Assembly (NCBI GenBank): GCA_977018835.1 | Contig: OZ361258.1 | Coordinates: 3,596,001-3,660,000, forward strand | DNA length: 64,000 nucleotides | Direction: 5' to 3' | DNA from: Minutocellus sp. GHC0000111 | Taxonomy: Eukaryota | In this document: positions 34,751-45,564 of the stretch, piece by piece | How positions within the stretch are numbered: position 1 is the first letter of the stretch | How the letters are laid out: the number at the start of each line of letters is the position of its first letter | Program-made: the position numbers and the translations under genes | Notes under the pieces: generated by a model | Database searches by the model: none | Told to the model about the DNA's origin: nothing | The model's input: only the letters and a program-made list of their open reading frames with translations

Positions 34751-37680
34751 ATGATGCACGCCATGCGTCCCCGACGAGCTTCGGGCGCCAGCATCCTGGC
34801 AGCGGTGCATGTATTGTTTGATGTGCTGCTGGTTCTGGTGGTGGCCGGCGGCAGCGACGTGCTGGTGCTGGCGCAGCAGCAGCAGCAGGAGGAGGAGGCC
34901 CGGCAGCCGCAGTCCAGTGCCAAGCAGCCGGTCCTCACGGAGCTTGCCGCCCTCGATCAACGGTACGGTGCATCTCCTCTCTTGGACCGGAGGGGCAACG
35001 TCGACGTCCTTCCTGACGCCGACGCCGACGACACGAAGAACATTGGCATCTGCAACCTCATCCACTTCATGCCCTACACGTACGTCGACGACATCGACGG
35101 ACAGCGCAAGAGCATGGCCCGCCTCGGCGTGACCGAGGGCAGCCTCGGGGTGTTCCTGGCGGCCCACCACCTCAACGCCGGAGACGGCTCCATCGTTCCC
35201 GAGGTGGCCGGCCTCCCCGATCGGTGCAACGTCCGGTTCGCCGTGGAGAACCTCGACAGCGAGCGCAACCAACGTCCCGCGGTCGACCGGATGATCGACC
35301 TGCTCGGGCGGCGGCCCGGCGTCGACCGTCTGCCCTGCGCCCTCTTGGGCAACGGCCGGAGCGACGTGTCGATGGCCACGTCGGTGCTGAGCGGGCTGGC
35401 CGGATATCCGCAGATCTCGCCCCTCACGAGCGGCTCGCCCCTCGACGACAAGAGCCAGTACCCGCTGTTCGGGAGGGTCATCCCCTCCAGCGACGGCGTC
35501 GCGGTCCCCACCATCCTTTGGTTCGACCGGGTCCTCAAGGTGAAGCATCTGGCGGTCATCAACTTCAACGACTCGTACGGCAACGCGTACGTGTCGGCCC
35601 TGCAGCGTGCCGTTCAGGAGTATGCTCCGCACATGGTCCTCAAGGCGATCAACATCCCACGATTTGCCGAGGCCGACGACATCGTCCAGGCCATTAGCAT
35701 TGCCAAGGAGACCAAGTTCCGGTATTTTTTCACCACCATCGGTGACAAATACGAGGAGGTCATGGAGGAAGCCTACCGGCAGGGCATCGCCGGGACGGGG
35801 AAGCACAATTGGATCTTTGCCAAGAATGTGTTCGAAGCGATCAAACAGAGGACGTTTGAACGCAACTCGCCTCTTCATTTGGCCCTTCGGGGCACGGCCA
35901 AGCTCACCGAGGTGGGAGGTATGCCCGGCATGGAGGGCTACGACAAATTCATCGAGCAGTGGAAGAGTCTCAACAATCCAGAAGATGTGCAGTGCGTCAT
36001 GTCGAAGCAACCAACGTACCCCGACGAACCGGTCTTCGAACGTGTTTACATGGACGACGGGGCATTCGAATCGGCCAAGAACATGTTGCTACCATCGCAC
36101 TTGGACTGGCAGCTTGCAACGTGACGCAGGGAGAGGACTTCTTCGATGGCAAGTCGCATTACGATGCCTTCAAGCGTATGAGATTCACCGGTGCGACCGG
36201 CGACTTGTTCTTCGAGCAGGACACCGGAAGCCGCGACCCCAATTCGGCTCTGTTTCAGATGTTCAACTACGCCGAAAGTCCGGAATCGGAGGGAAGTGAC
36301 GAGGTCAGCTTCGTGGACGATACCACGGCACTGTTCCAGAATGGAGAGTGGATCATAGACGAGCCCTTTGTTTACAATGATGGAACTACCGTGATCCGCC
36401 CCGATTTGCCAGATGTTTCTGTCGACTACAAGTACATTGGTACTGGACTTCGTGCAGCTGGTCTAGTCCTTTGTGCGCTGGTGATGCTACAAACCATTGG
36501 CTTTGCTCTCTTCACGAAGATGAACCAGGCCAGTCGCGTTGTCAAAGCCTCCCAGCCGGTCTTTCTTTACATCATTTGTTTGGGAACACTTATCATGAGC
36601 GCGGCAATCATCCGTGAGTTACATATTCAGCATGAGCCGAGGTTCATATCGTCGTAAAGTGTTTTTTCGTACAGTAAGTCAAGTATTTCTCCTCACCGCC
36701 TTTTCATTCTTTCCGTTTTGTTGGACTTGACAGCCCTTAGCATTGATGACGAGATCGCTAGTGTTAGTGGCTGTAGCATTGCATGTCAATCAGTCCCTTG
36801 GCTTATCTGTATTGGCTTTTCCATTGCTTTCGCTTCGATATTGAGCAAAACTCTACGTATCAACAAAATCTTTCACAATCCGTCAATCAAACGGATCAAG
36901 ATTACTGCCCGAGATGTAGCAAAGCCTATTTTTGCTTCACTTGCGCTGAATGTCCTTGTCCTATCCCTCTGGACGGGACTCTCGCCGCTTTACTGGTCTA
37001 GGGAAGTGACGGCAGTGGACGAGTTCAATAGGGCAGTCACCACGAACGGATTTTGTACATCCGAAGGGTTCCTACCCTACGTCATCACTCTTGTCATTGG
37101 AAATGTCGGTCTTCTAGCCCTGGCCCTGTATCAAGTGTACAATGCTAGATCTCTTTCAACCGAGTTTGCCGAGAGTGAATACATCTTCAAGGCTCTGTTT
37201 ATATCCGTCCTCGTTTGCTTCGTCGGCATTCCAGTGATTATCATAGTCGAGGGCGAACCGAAAGCGTATTTTTTCCTTCTTTCCAGTATCATTTTTGTTC
37301 TTTGTTCGGCACTGCTTCTTTTCATGTTTGTGCCCAAAATCAGATTTCATTTTAATCCTGAAAAGGGAAAACAAAAGGATGCTGTTCGGCAGTTTGTTTC
37401 AAAGAAGTTTAGCCAGAACTCAACAACAGCATCATGGACTGCTAATAGCACAGTTGGCACCGACCAGCGTAAATTATCTGTCTCCTCAGTGCAGTCTTTC
37501 TCCGGTACTGATATCAATAAGGAGAACGCCGATCTCAAAGAAACAATAGCGTCACTCCGTGCTCGTGTCAGTGAGCTCGAAAATCTCATTGCGAAGGGCG
37601 TTGAGGAGCAGGATGAAAAAAAGGAAGGATTGCCTGTAGAGGCGAATGTGGATCCACCGGTAGCTCAGGAGCAAGTGTGA
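34751..37680 (+). pseudogene. Class C (GABA-B-like) GPCR with ANF-receptor/Venus-flytrap ectodomain; frameshift near 36085; 1 intron
   Basis: Signal peptide, then QISPLTSGSPLDDKSQYPLFGRVIPS and FTGATGDLFF. 7TM motifs VVKASQPVFLYIICLG, SILSKTLRINKIF and ARSLSTEFAESEYI...MFVPKI. Intron 36614-36733. The frame changes between AKNM and ATIALGLAAC. Confidence 0.85.
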
Positions 37681-37788
37681 ATAAATAGATAGTCAAATAT
37701 TCCGAAAATAAAGAGAGGTTGTGCTAATGTTCTTACGGGATCCATACAACTACAAGTTCCTGTAGTGCTAATGCGATGATTGCTTTTA

Positions 37789-40700
37789 TTAGAGCCCCAT
37801 CGAACTCAACATTCCACCAAGGAAGGACGTGGCAGATTCGATCAATCCTCCAACTCGCCCTCTCCTCTCCTTCCTGGCCGCGATTGCCGCATCGGTTGCT
37901 TCAGCTGTAGCCCGGGAGCTGTCCTTGTGAACCAGCCAGCCCGGCGACTCCAATATTAATCCTCGGGCCACCTCTCCACCGCCGTAGTTGCCAATGTTGT
38001 TGTTCGCCACGCACATTCCAGATCCATTTGGATCGCATATGAGGCTTGTCGTGGCAGCAGTATCGCCTGTAGTAGCGCAGCATTCCTTGGGCAGACCCTT
38101 ACCGGAGGCACCACAAACCTTGGCCATATCACCCGCGGCTGCGCACCTACCACTGCTATCGCCGCCTCTACCACCACCTTGAGTCCGAGAGCTGAGTGAT
38201 GGCGTCCCACCTGCGCGACTCGCTTGGGCCGAGCTTCGCTCCTGCTCTTGATCCTTGGCGGATGATGAAGTCGAAGTCTCCTCTTCTTCATCGCCATCTG
38301 AAATTAGGAATAACCTCTTGAAGAAATCGCCAATGCCATCGAAGATGGTGGGTGGCCTCCTTAGCTTCTCTTCAAGTGACTGCTCCTCGGCCTGCAGTAC
38401 TCGCCGTACCAAGGTGTCTTCTACAGCAATATCAGTGTTGACTTCCTCCTTCTGAGTGACATACTCATCAAAGGCAGTATGGTAGAGGTACTCCATCGTG
38501 CTGTCACCGGTCAGGGCCAAATGCCGTTCCCGTTCGACATCGGGATAGATCTTGATAAAGGCATCCTTGGCCCCATGATCTAGACGATTGGTGAAAGCGT
38601 AGATGGAATCGACCATATTGGACGATTGGAGGTAGGCCAGGTACGAACTGGCTGTCGGACCCCGGGGTATGCTCTGTTGGATGAAAGCTGCGGCCTTGGT
38701 GAGGCCGATGCGATTGAACAAAATCTCGCCCTCCTTGCCGTTGGTCTTCTTCCATGCGTCGCAAAAGGCATTTCGACTCGAGGTGTGGTACACCTGAATA
38801 AACGAGAGCAGAGATGGCGACGTTATTAGCAATCAAGTAGGCCGAAAGAGAGATATCGGTGTCGTTCAATACCAAAGACGGGCAAAGGCCACAAAAGGTC
38901 TCCCTCCTCCATCACAGAATAAATCAATAAATCAACTCACCATGTCCATATCAAGGACAATAGTCTCGAATGAGGAGTGAATCTCCTGCGCCAGGCTATA
39001 AACTTCTCGGCAGGCGGCATAGTCGGTACAGTGCTTTGAATTTGCAGGTACGAATGGTATCAGAGGTTTGGGAGGAGAGTCATGTGTGAACATTAGCGCA
39101 ACATCATCAGCAACTTGATGATACGAGTTGGTCATCATGAACCAAGAGCTTGAAACAGGAGCATCGCACAAGTCCATAAAAGCCGGCGAATGCCGCTCGA
39201 CGTATCGGATGGGGACTTTGGTAGATATTTCGGGAAAGAACATTTCCCACAGCTTGTCGAACATGCTCTTTTGGCTGCTTGGTAAGGCATTCTGCTCTCT
39301 CATGACCAACACGCTTGAGAATGGATGGTCGGTGTAGTCGAGAGTTGAGAGAAGTGACTTGGCAAAGTCCTCGGTCCAATCGGACACGACTAGGGTAATG
39401 TCGTGTTTCCGACGATCCCATGGTGCCCAGGCACCCTTTCCGTGAACAATCGGGGCACCGTCGTCAATATGTTCCGGGAGGTAATTCGTTGCAGCCTATC
39501 GAATGGAGATGAAAGAGATAAATAAAAAAAGTGAGCGAGAGAAGAAATCTTCCCGAACACACGCGTAAGGGAAATGGGCCCACACTGCACTCACCCAGTT
39601 GTGTATCACCGACGACTCTTTAATCGGGTTGGCATCGCCTTCACCACCCCATTGCGTCCACCACAACTTGAAAAGCTGTCTCTTCGACGGCAGTGTCACC
39701 GAAAATTTGCCGCTTTCGTCACGCATCTCTGGGAAGGGAAATTCTGGAGAGTAATTCCTGTATCTCCCCTCACTTATCATTTGTGAGATGCGATAATCGT
39801 AGGGTATGGCGTTGAAATAGGTCAGTTCCTCTTCCTTCAATTCTGCGACATAATGCTCCGTGAGGGGGTGCGTCACATTGTACACCGCATTTCCATTGAT
39901 GTGTTCTAGGAGGGCCTTGGGCATCTGATCCTTGAAGTTGTCCCAGGAATGGCCTTTGTACTTTGAGCCCAAAATCGCAAAGGGTGCCTTGTACTTCATT
40001 TCGTCCAGCACCCGATCCAACCAGCCAAGCTTCTGAACTCGGGAGTCCCCTTCCAGAATCAAGACTGCCTCATAATATGGCTCCATTCCCTTGGATATTT
40101 GCTCATCGTTTCGATGTTGAATGAAATCCATGATCGATCGAAACTGCGAGTTGGGTCCGTTAACCCAATGCCGATTAAGCTGGACGTGATTCCTTTCGCA
40201 TAGATCCATGTGCGGAGGTATCGCAGCCTCAATGTGATGGAGAGACGTGAAGCAGTGATTCCACCCCTGATTCCGATCGAATTTCTTCTGAAGGCCCGTC
40301 ATGGCCTCGATGGCAGGTGAATCGGCGGCTGCAGTGTCGTACGTCTGACTGTAGCTCAGGATTAGGTCCACATCGTACTCTGACTCATTGTTCTCGTCAT
40401 CTGCAGACGATGTGCAGGGCCAGTGGGTATCCCACGAATTGAACGAATCAACAATCTCGTCAGCGGAGAAGGGAGCAAATGGTCGAACCACGGCGAGGCG
40501 CTTTTTCCGAGACTGCTGTCCGCCTGTCGATTCTAGCCGGCGTCCTCTTCTGCCAAGATACGGGCCCTGCCCATTTCGTAACAGTTGCTTGCTGGTCGCT
40601 TCCGATTCCCGACGAACGCCGACGCTCAGATTGTTCTTCAACAAGGCCGTCCCGACCAGAGCGGCCACCATCGAAGCGGCCACTGCCAGTCGATGTCGAC

Positions 40701-40824
40701 GCCGACTTGTTTGGCGGCTACTTTGAGGCAAGAATGGCATCGAATCTTCATGGGCATGCGATGCTGCTTCCAATGCACATCGTCTTCGGCCACCGCCGTA
40801 TATGGTACTGTTGAAGCTATTCAT
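37789..40824 (-). CDS. Type II membrane putative glycosyltransferase-like protein; 2 introns
   Basis: N-terminal TM and RRL. Motifs GPNSQF, ILEGD, ILGSKYKG and HINGNAVYN. Introns 39496-39594 and 38794-38940 (GTGAGT donors) give a continuous frame. Function is inferred only. Confidence 0.65.
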
Positions 40825-41091
40825 GCCTGACTCCGTTGTTATGCTGTACCAGAGCTGTGGTTCGGCCTTTTGTTCCTCGCTCCAATGATCGTTACCGGGC
40901 CCTCGCCATCATCATGGCCCCACCAAAATGACCCCGAGAAATTGCAAAATCAGAAAAATGAAATGCATCGTCCGTCCATCGACCGTCACAGCCAGCGTGC
41001 CTCCGACAACCTGCAAAGCGCCTCATTTCCCACGCCATGGCCATGACGTACTTCGTCTGATCCCACCACCACAAGAGTACTGCCTGGCCAG

Positions 41092-42348
41092 ATGCCCCGC
41101 CTCCTCCCTCCCTTTGGCCGTATTTCCGCCCCATTTCTGCTTTTCTCGGCATTGCACATCGGAATCTGCTGCTGCTCATCATCATCGTGCCCACTTGCCT
41201 TTGCCCACGTTGACAGCATGCCTCCCAACGATGCGTCATCGCTGCGATCACCGCCACAGCAAAGGACATGTTCCATGGCGGGAAGCGATGCTGCAAGCGT
41301 TGGCGATGCCGATCTAAACAGCAGTGATAACTACCGATCACGGCATAAGTGGCTGGTGGTGGACTTTGACTGCACGCTGACCAAATACGACACAACTCCC
41401 ACTTTGCCGCTACTTGCCGCCCTCCATTCCGGTGACGATGACGACCAACGTCAGCGCAGATTGGAAACGTTTCGCAGCCACGAGAAGGAATACTTTGACG
41501 CATACTCGGCTACCAAGGAGCGATTATTGAACGCCGACAGTGGAGAAAATAATAATGACGACGACGAACTCCCACATCTTCACGACGCACTCGAATCTCT
41601 TGACGACGTCTCGACTTTTGTTACCAACAAGGTTAGCCAATCGTCATGCCTTGCCGGTTTGCCTTCTCATCCGGGAAAGGTGGCCGATATCATCAATGGT
41701 GATGGTGAATTGCAGCGATTGACCGAGCTGCAGGATGGCTGTACCGCGGCTGTGGCCAATGCCTACATGAATGGATGGGGTCTTGCGGTGCTGAGCATCA
41801 ATTGGTTCCCAAGTCTTATTGAAGCGGCATTCGTGGAACCGTGGCGGAAGCACGTACATAAACATCGACAAAGTGATGATTGCACAGGAAATGGACAGAA
41901 ATCACAAAGTATTGGTGACGATATGGATTCGATCCCAAGAGCTGACGTTTGGTGCAATGAAATCGACAGTGATGGGGTAGTAACGCTGCACCTTCCCGGT
42001 GCCTCGGCCAAGAGAGAGCGGATACGAAATCTCAAGGAACGATTGCTCAGAGAGCATCAAGTAGCGACAGAGTCGGCAGATAATGTGGAGTATACCGGTA
42101 CGAGGCGCCCTTTGGTAATATATATCGGAGACTCGTCGACGGATAAAAGTGGTCTGCTTGAAGCGGATATTGGCATTATGATCGGTCGATCCAGCACGGT
42201 GCTGGGGATTGCGGATAGATGGAAGATACCGCTGGCACCACTAAAGGAAAGGAGAGAATTGTGCGATGGTTTGCATGATGATGATGAAAATACTGTGTGG
42301 ATGGCAGATGGATGGGATGATATCGAGGCCGTCCTTGCAGGTTTATGA
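41092..42348 (+). CDS. HAD-superfamily phosphatase (CTO1 / TH2 thiamine-phosphate-phosphatase-like domain)
   Basis: Motif I VVDFDCTLT, motif II VLSINW, motif III K (SAKRERI) and motif IV YIGDSSTD...LLEADIGI. N-terminal targeting-like peptide. Confidence 0.8.
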   Translation: MPRLLPPFGRISAPFLLFSALHIGICCCSSSSCPLAFAHVDSMPPNDASSLRSPPQQRTCSMAGSDAASVGDADLNSSDNYRSRHKWLVVDFDCTLTKYDTTPTLPLLAALHSGDDDDQRQRRLETFRSHEKEYFDAYSATKERLLNADSGENNNDDDELPHLHDALESLDDVSTFVTNKVSQSSCLAGLPSHPGKVADIINGDGELQRLTELQDGCTAAVANAYMNGWGLAVLSINWFPSLIEAAFVEPWRKHVHKHRQSDDCTGNGQKSQSIGDDMDSIPRADVWCNEIDSDGVVTLHLPGASAKRERIRNLKERLLREHQVATESADNVEYTGTRRPLVIYIGDSSTDKSGLLEADIGIMIGRSSTVLGIADRWKIPLAPLKERRELCDGLHDDDENTVWMADGWDDIEAVLAGL

Positions 42349-42524
42349 TTACAGTGAAACTGCCTGCCGGCGGCTCGTGGAACGAAGTGCTTGTAGATCA
42401 GGAATGTTTGTGGGCCTGTTCAAATTATGCTCCCGTGTCGTCCGGTACAAATAAATTGTCATCAGAAGTACAGCAGTATGTATGGTGCAGATGTTATTCC
42501 CAATGTATGATTCCCTTTTTATGT

Positions 42525-42688
42525 TAGATTGTAAAGATAGCTTCGCCGTCCTGCCTGACCCCGATCTCAGGATCGGATCACTTGAGGTCCTCAACCTCGT
42601 CGATGATGACAAAGACGATTTCGAGGACGAGGCTGCCGGAATTATTGCCCTCTACGGTGCGGGCGTGGTCCAGGTGGCTACTAGCTAG
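42525..42688 (+). pseudogene. Orphan C-terminal fragment of an LRR-type gene
   Basis: DLRIGSLEVLNLVDDDKDDFEDEAAGIIALYGAGVVQV loosely resembles the tail of the neighbouring LRR gene (HRIPSLKKLVM...KIQSLYPVVV). No upstream exons are present. Confidence 0.4.
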
Positions 42689-43025
42689 GACCGACGTAGT
42701 GTAGAATGTCGAATTGAAGCACCGTCTCTGGCGGGCTTCGACGTACTAGATCTTGTAGGGCTACGAGTAATGTATAAGAGATATTGTGATTTGATCCTAT
42801 TTTTCATAGCTACACCGGCATACTCTTTTTCTTGGCAGCCGATATATTCAACTTATCGGTAACGAGACTAAAAAAGATGAGAGCAGCGCCGCTGGCACTA
42901 AAATGCTGCCCTGGGACGATTCATTTCCAACTGAACTGCGGTCGGCTCGTGGGGTTGCATCTATCTACAACTCGGCGTGGGACACTCCTGCATGTACGTA
43001 GGCCTAGCTAGCTACGTAGCTAGAA

Positions 43026-45036
43026 CTAGCTGGCGACACTCGCGCCGTGCTCCTCCGTCACCACAACAGGATAAAGCGACTGAATCTTCTCCTTTAGCTC
43101 GGCGTCAATAGTATCGCCAAAGAAGTATCCTCCATCTTCTTCGAATATACTCTGCATCACCAGTTTCTTTAGACTAGGTATGCGATGTTCCAGCAGAGCT
43201 TGAAGCCCTTCCTCTGAAAAGTCATTCTCTCAAATATCGAGAAACGTGAGTTTGATGCACTGAGCCAGGGCCGGTAAAAGAGCAATCAAGTTACCGTCAC
43301 CAAAGACGTCACCGAAGGAATTCGCGGTCAGGCGGATGTAAAGCTTCTCCAGTGAGTTTGTGAGGTCACTACGAATATAATTCGTGAGGGACCTTGTCGC
43401 GACCTCGCTGATGCCAATGTCGGACAGGTCGAGAACTTTCAGCCTTGCGCCACCCTCCCTCAGCGCACCAATAATACGTGCACTCGCTTCATCATCCATG
43501 CCGGTGCTGTATGAAAGAGTGAATTCTCGGAGATTGGGACTTAGGCGCAGCACCAAAGAAAGATGATCAATGGCATCGGTGCCTGAAAAAGGGTCAATCA
43601 TTGGGTAACAAGAGAGACTTAGATTGACCAGGCTGGTCTTTCCAAAGTGCTGGGCCATGCTTGCGAGGCTGTTAACGACAACCGCATGATAGTCGGTCGA
43701 GCACCGTCTAATCCCGTCAAGCGCCAACATTTCCAAGCGGGAGGCATTCGCAAGGATGGCGCCGATGGCGCCGGCAGCTTCGGAGTCATATACCGGATCT
43801 TGGCTGAGGTCAAGGCTCACAAGCCGGGACGTAAAGACCGGCGATTCCGTCAAACGACGGAAGAACGGCGCGGCTTGCCCATCGAAGCCGCCACAATTTC
43901 TCATGTTCAAGTTGCGGACGCTAGTATTTCCATCGAGGATGCCAGGCATGATATGCGGCCCATTAAACCACAACGTGACATCGGAAATGTCCAATGAGTG
44001 CAGTCGCGGCGCCACACTGAAAGCTTTGTCGATAAGTTCAAATAACAAGTGGACTTTTTCATGCCGATCGTCGTCTCCTTCTCTGTAAAGAAGACCGCTT
44101 GTGCTAAGTGACTCGATGGTGGGAACGAGACGGGCAAATACAGGACCCATCGTCTTGAGAGAGGACAAGCCCCAGGCGCGGTACGTGCTGGTGAGGTCGA
44201 AAGAGACAATGTCGACGTTTGCAGCTCGATTGATGGCAAATTGGGAGGCACACTGCGCACGGAGTGCAGTGGCCATCGATTCGTCAACGCCAATGGGCCT
44301 GTCATGCGTGGGTAAGCGATTGCAAAGCGGAATACCAGGGAGAGCAGATAATGCCAACGACGAGGAGGCAAGAAATGAAGCCACCTTGATCCGGAGGTCT
44401 GGCCCCAACAATCTCAGGTCGACATCCGTCTGGGTCTGCTGGATCTGAAGCTTCTCACTGGCTTCTTGTTGCTTGTCCAGACGGTCTAATATGCGGTCCA
44501 GGATGAGGCCTTGCTCGGCCTTAAATGCATTCTGGCGTTCCTGCTGCTCGGCCTCAAACTTCACGCGCCGTTCCTCATCTTCGCGGCGCTGCTGGGCCTG
44601 GTACTCCTCATCTTCGCGACGCTGCTCAAGCATCATTTGTGCGACTTCCTGGATGGGAGTTCCACGAGAGGTAAGGGCTCCATCACCGGCGGTAGCGGCT
44701 TGGCTGGGCGGTGTAGCACTCTGATCTCCAGTAATAGCGGCAGTCCCAGCGCCAGGCATCGTGACTTCACCCTCTCCTGGAACATATTGGTCGGATGCTG
44801 CTACTGCCATTTCCGTCATTCCAGAGCGGGCGGCGGAGCGCTGCTGCCTGGCCAGTGTCATGCGAGACCGAGTATCATCAGGCGTACCGCTCGGGGCATA
44901 GCGATTGGCACTGTTATTATCGACGCTGCTGTTGCTGCTGCTGTGCCGCCGCTGCCGCTCCTGCGGCCGAATCGGCGCCGCTAGCAGCCGCCTGCTTCTT
45001 TTTCGTCTCGGATCGAGTACGACCGTATTCCACCAT
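43026..45036 (-). pseudogene. RNI-like leucine-rich-repeat protein with N-terminal coiled coil; in-frame TGA at 43230 and a probable frameshift near 44940
   Basis: LRRs include LHSLDISD, LVSLDLSQ and LKVLDLSDIGIS. The last repeat reads through the stop (LTFLDI*ENDFSEEGLQALL) to TAG 43026. The likely start MVEYGRTRSETKKK (45036) is in another frame. Confidence 0.75.
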
Positions 45037-45120
45037 CTTCGAGAAATGGAGCCGTCTGGAATATGAATCGAATATCTGCCTGCAGATCTGGAGGCTCTGC
45101 AGTTCAGTGCAGTTCTGCCT

Positions 45121-45447
45121 TTTTATAAGGCCATGCTGATGGACATGCCCGAGAACACCCAAATCTTCACCGCCGGCTTCCAGGCCATGTTCCATACCCA
45201 CACCTGCGAGGAGGAAGCAACCGTCGTGAAGCTCTTTGAAACGACCAACAAGAAGGGTATCGTGAACAAGAAGCCTGCCTTCGCCACCGTTGGTATGCAC
45301 ATGATTGTTATGCTCGAGTTGGAGCGAATGACACCGGTGGGTACCTTCGACAAGGAGCCGTATTTGGGCAGATTTACTCTTCGAACGGAGGGCAAGACCG
45401 TGGCTATTGGTATCATTACCAAGCTCCCACCCAAGAAGGACGATTGA
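45121..45447 (+). pseudogene. SUP35: Eukaryotic release factor 3 (eRF3), domain III only; G-domain and domain II absent
   Basis: IFTAGFQAMFHTHTCEEEATVVKL...KKPAFA...TFDKEPYLGRFTLRTEGKTVAIGIITKL matches the eRF3 C-terminus (GY..VxHxH and GRFTLRxxGxTIAxG). There is no room for upstream exons. Confidence 0.85.
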
Positions 45448-45564
45448 GAAGGCAGTGGATCAGAACAATAGACATTGCTGTCCGCGCTCGTTGCTCTTTA
45501 GCTAGAAGTACTACACGAGTACTAAGTTTTTTCATCTTACCTATTACTATTTACAGTTGATACA

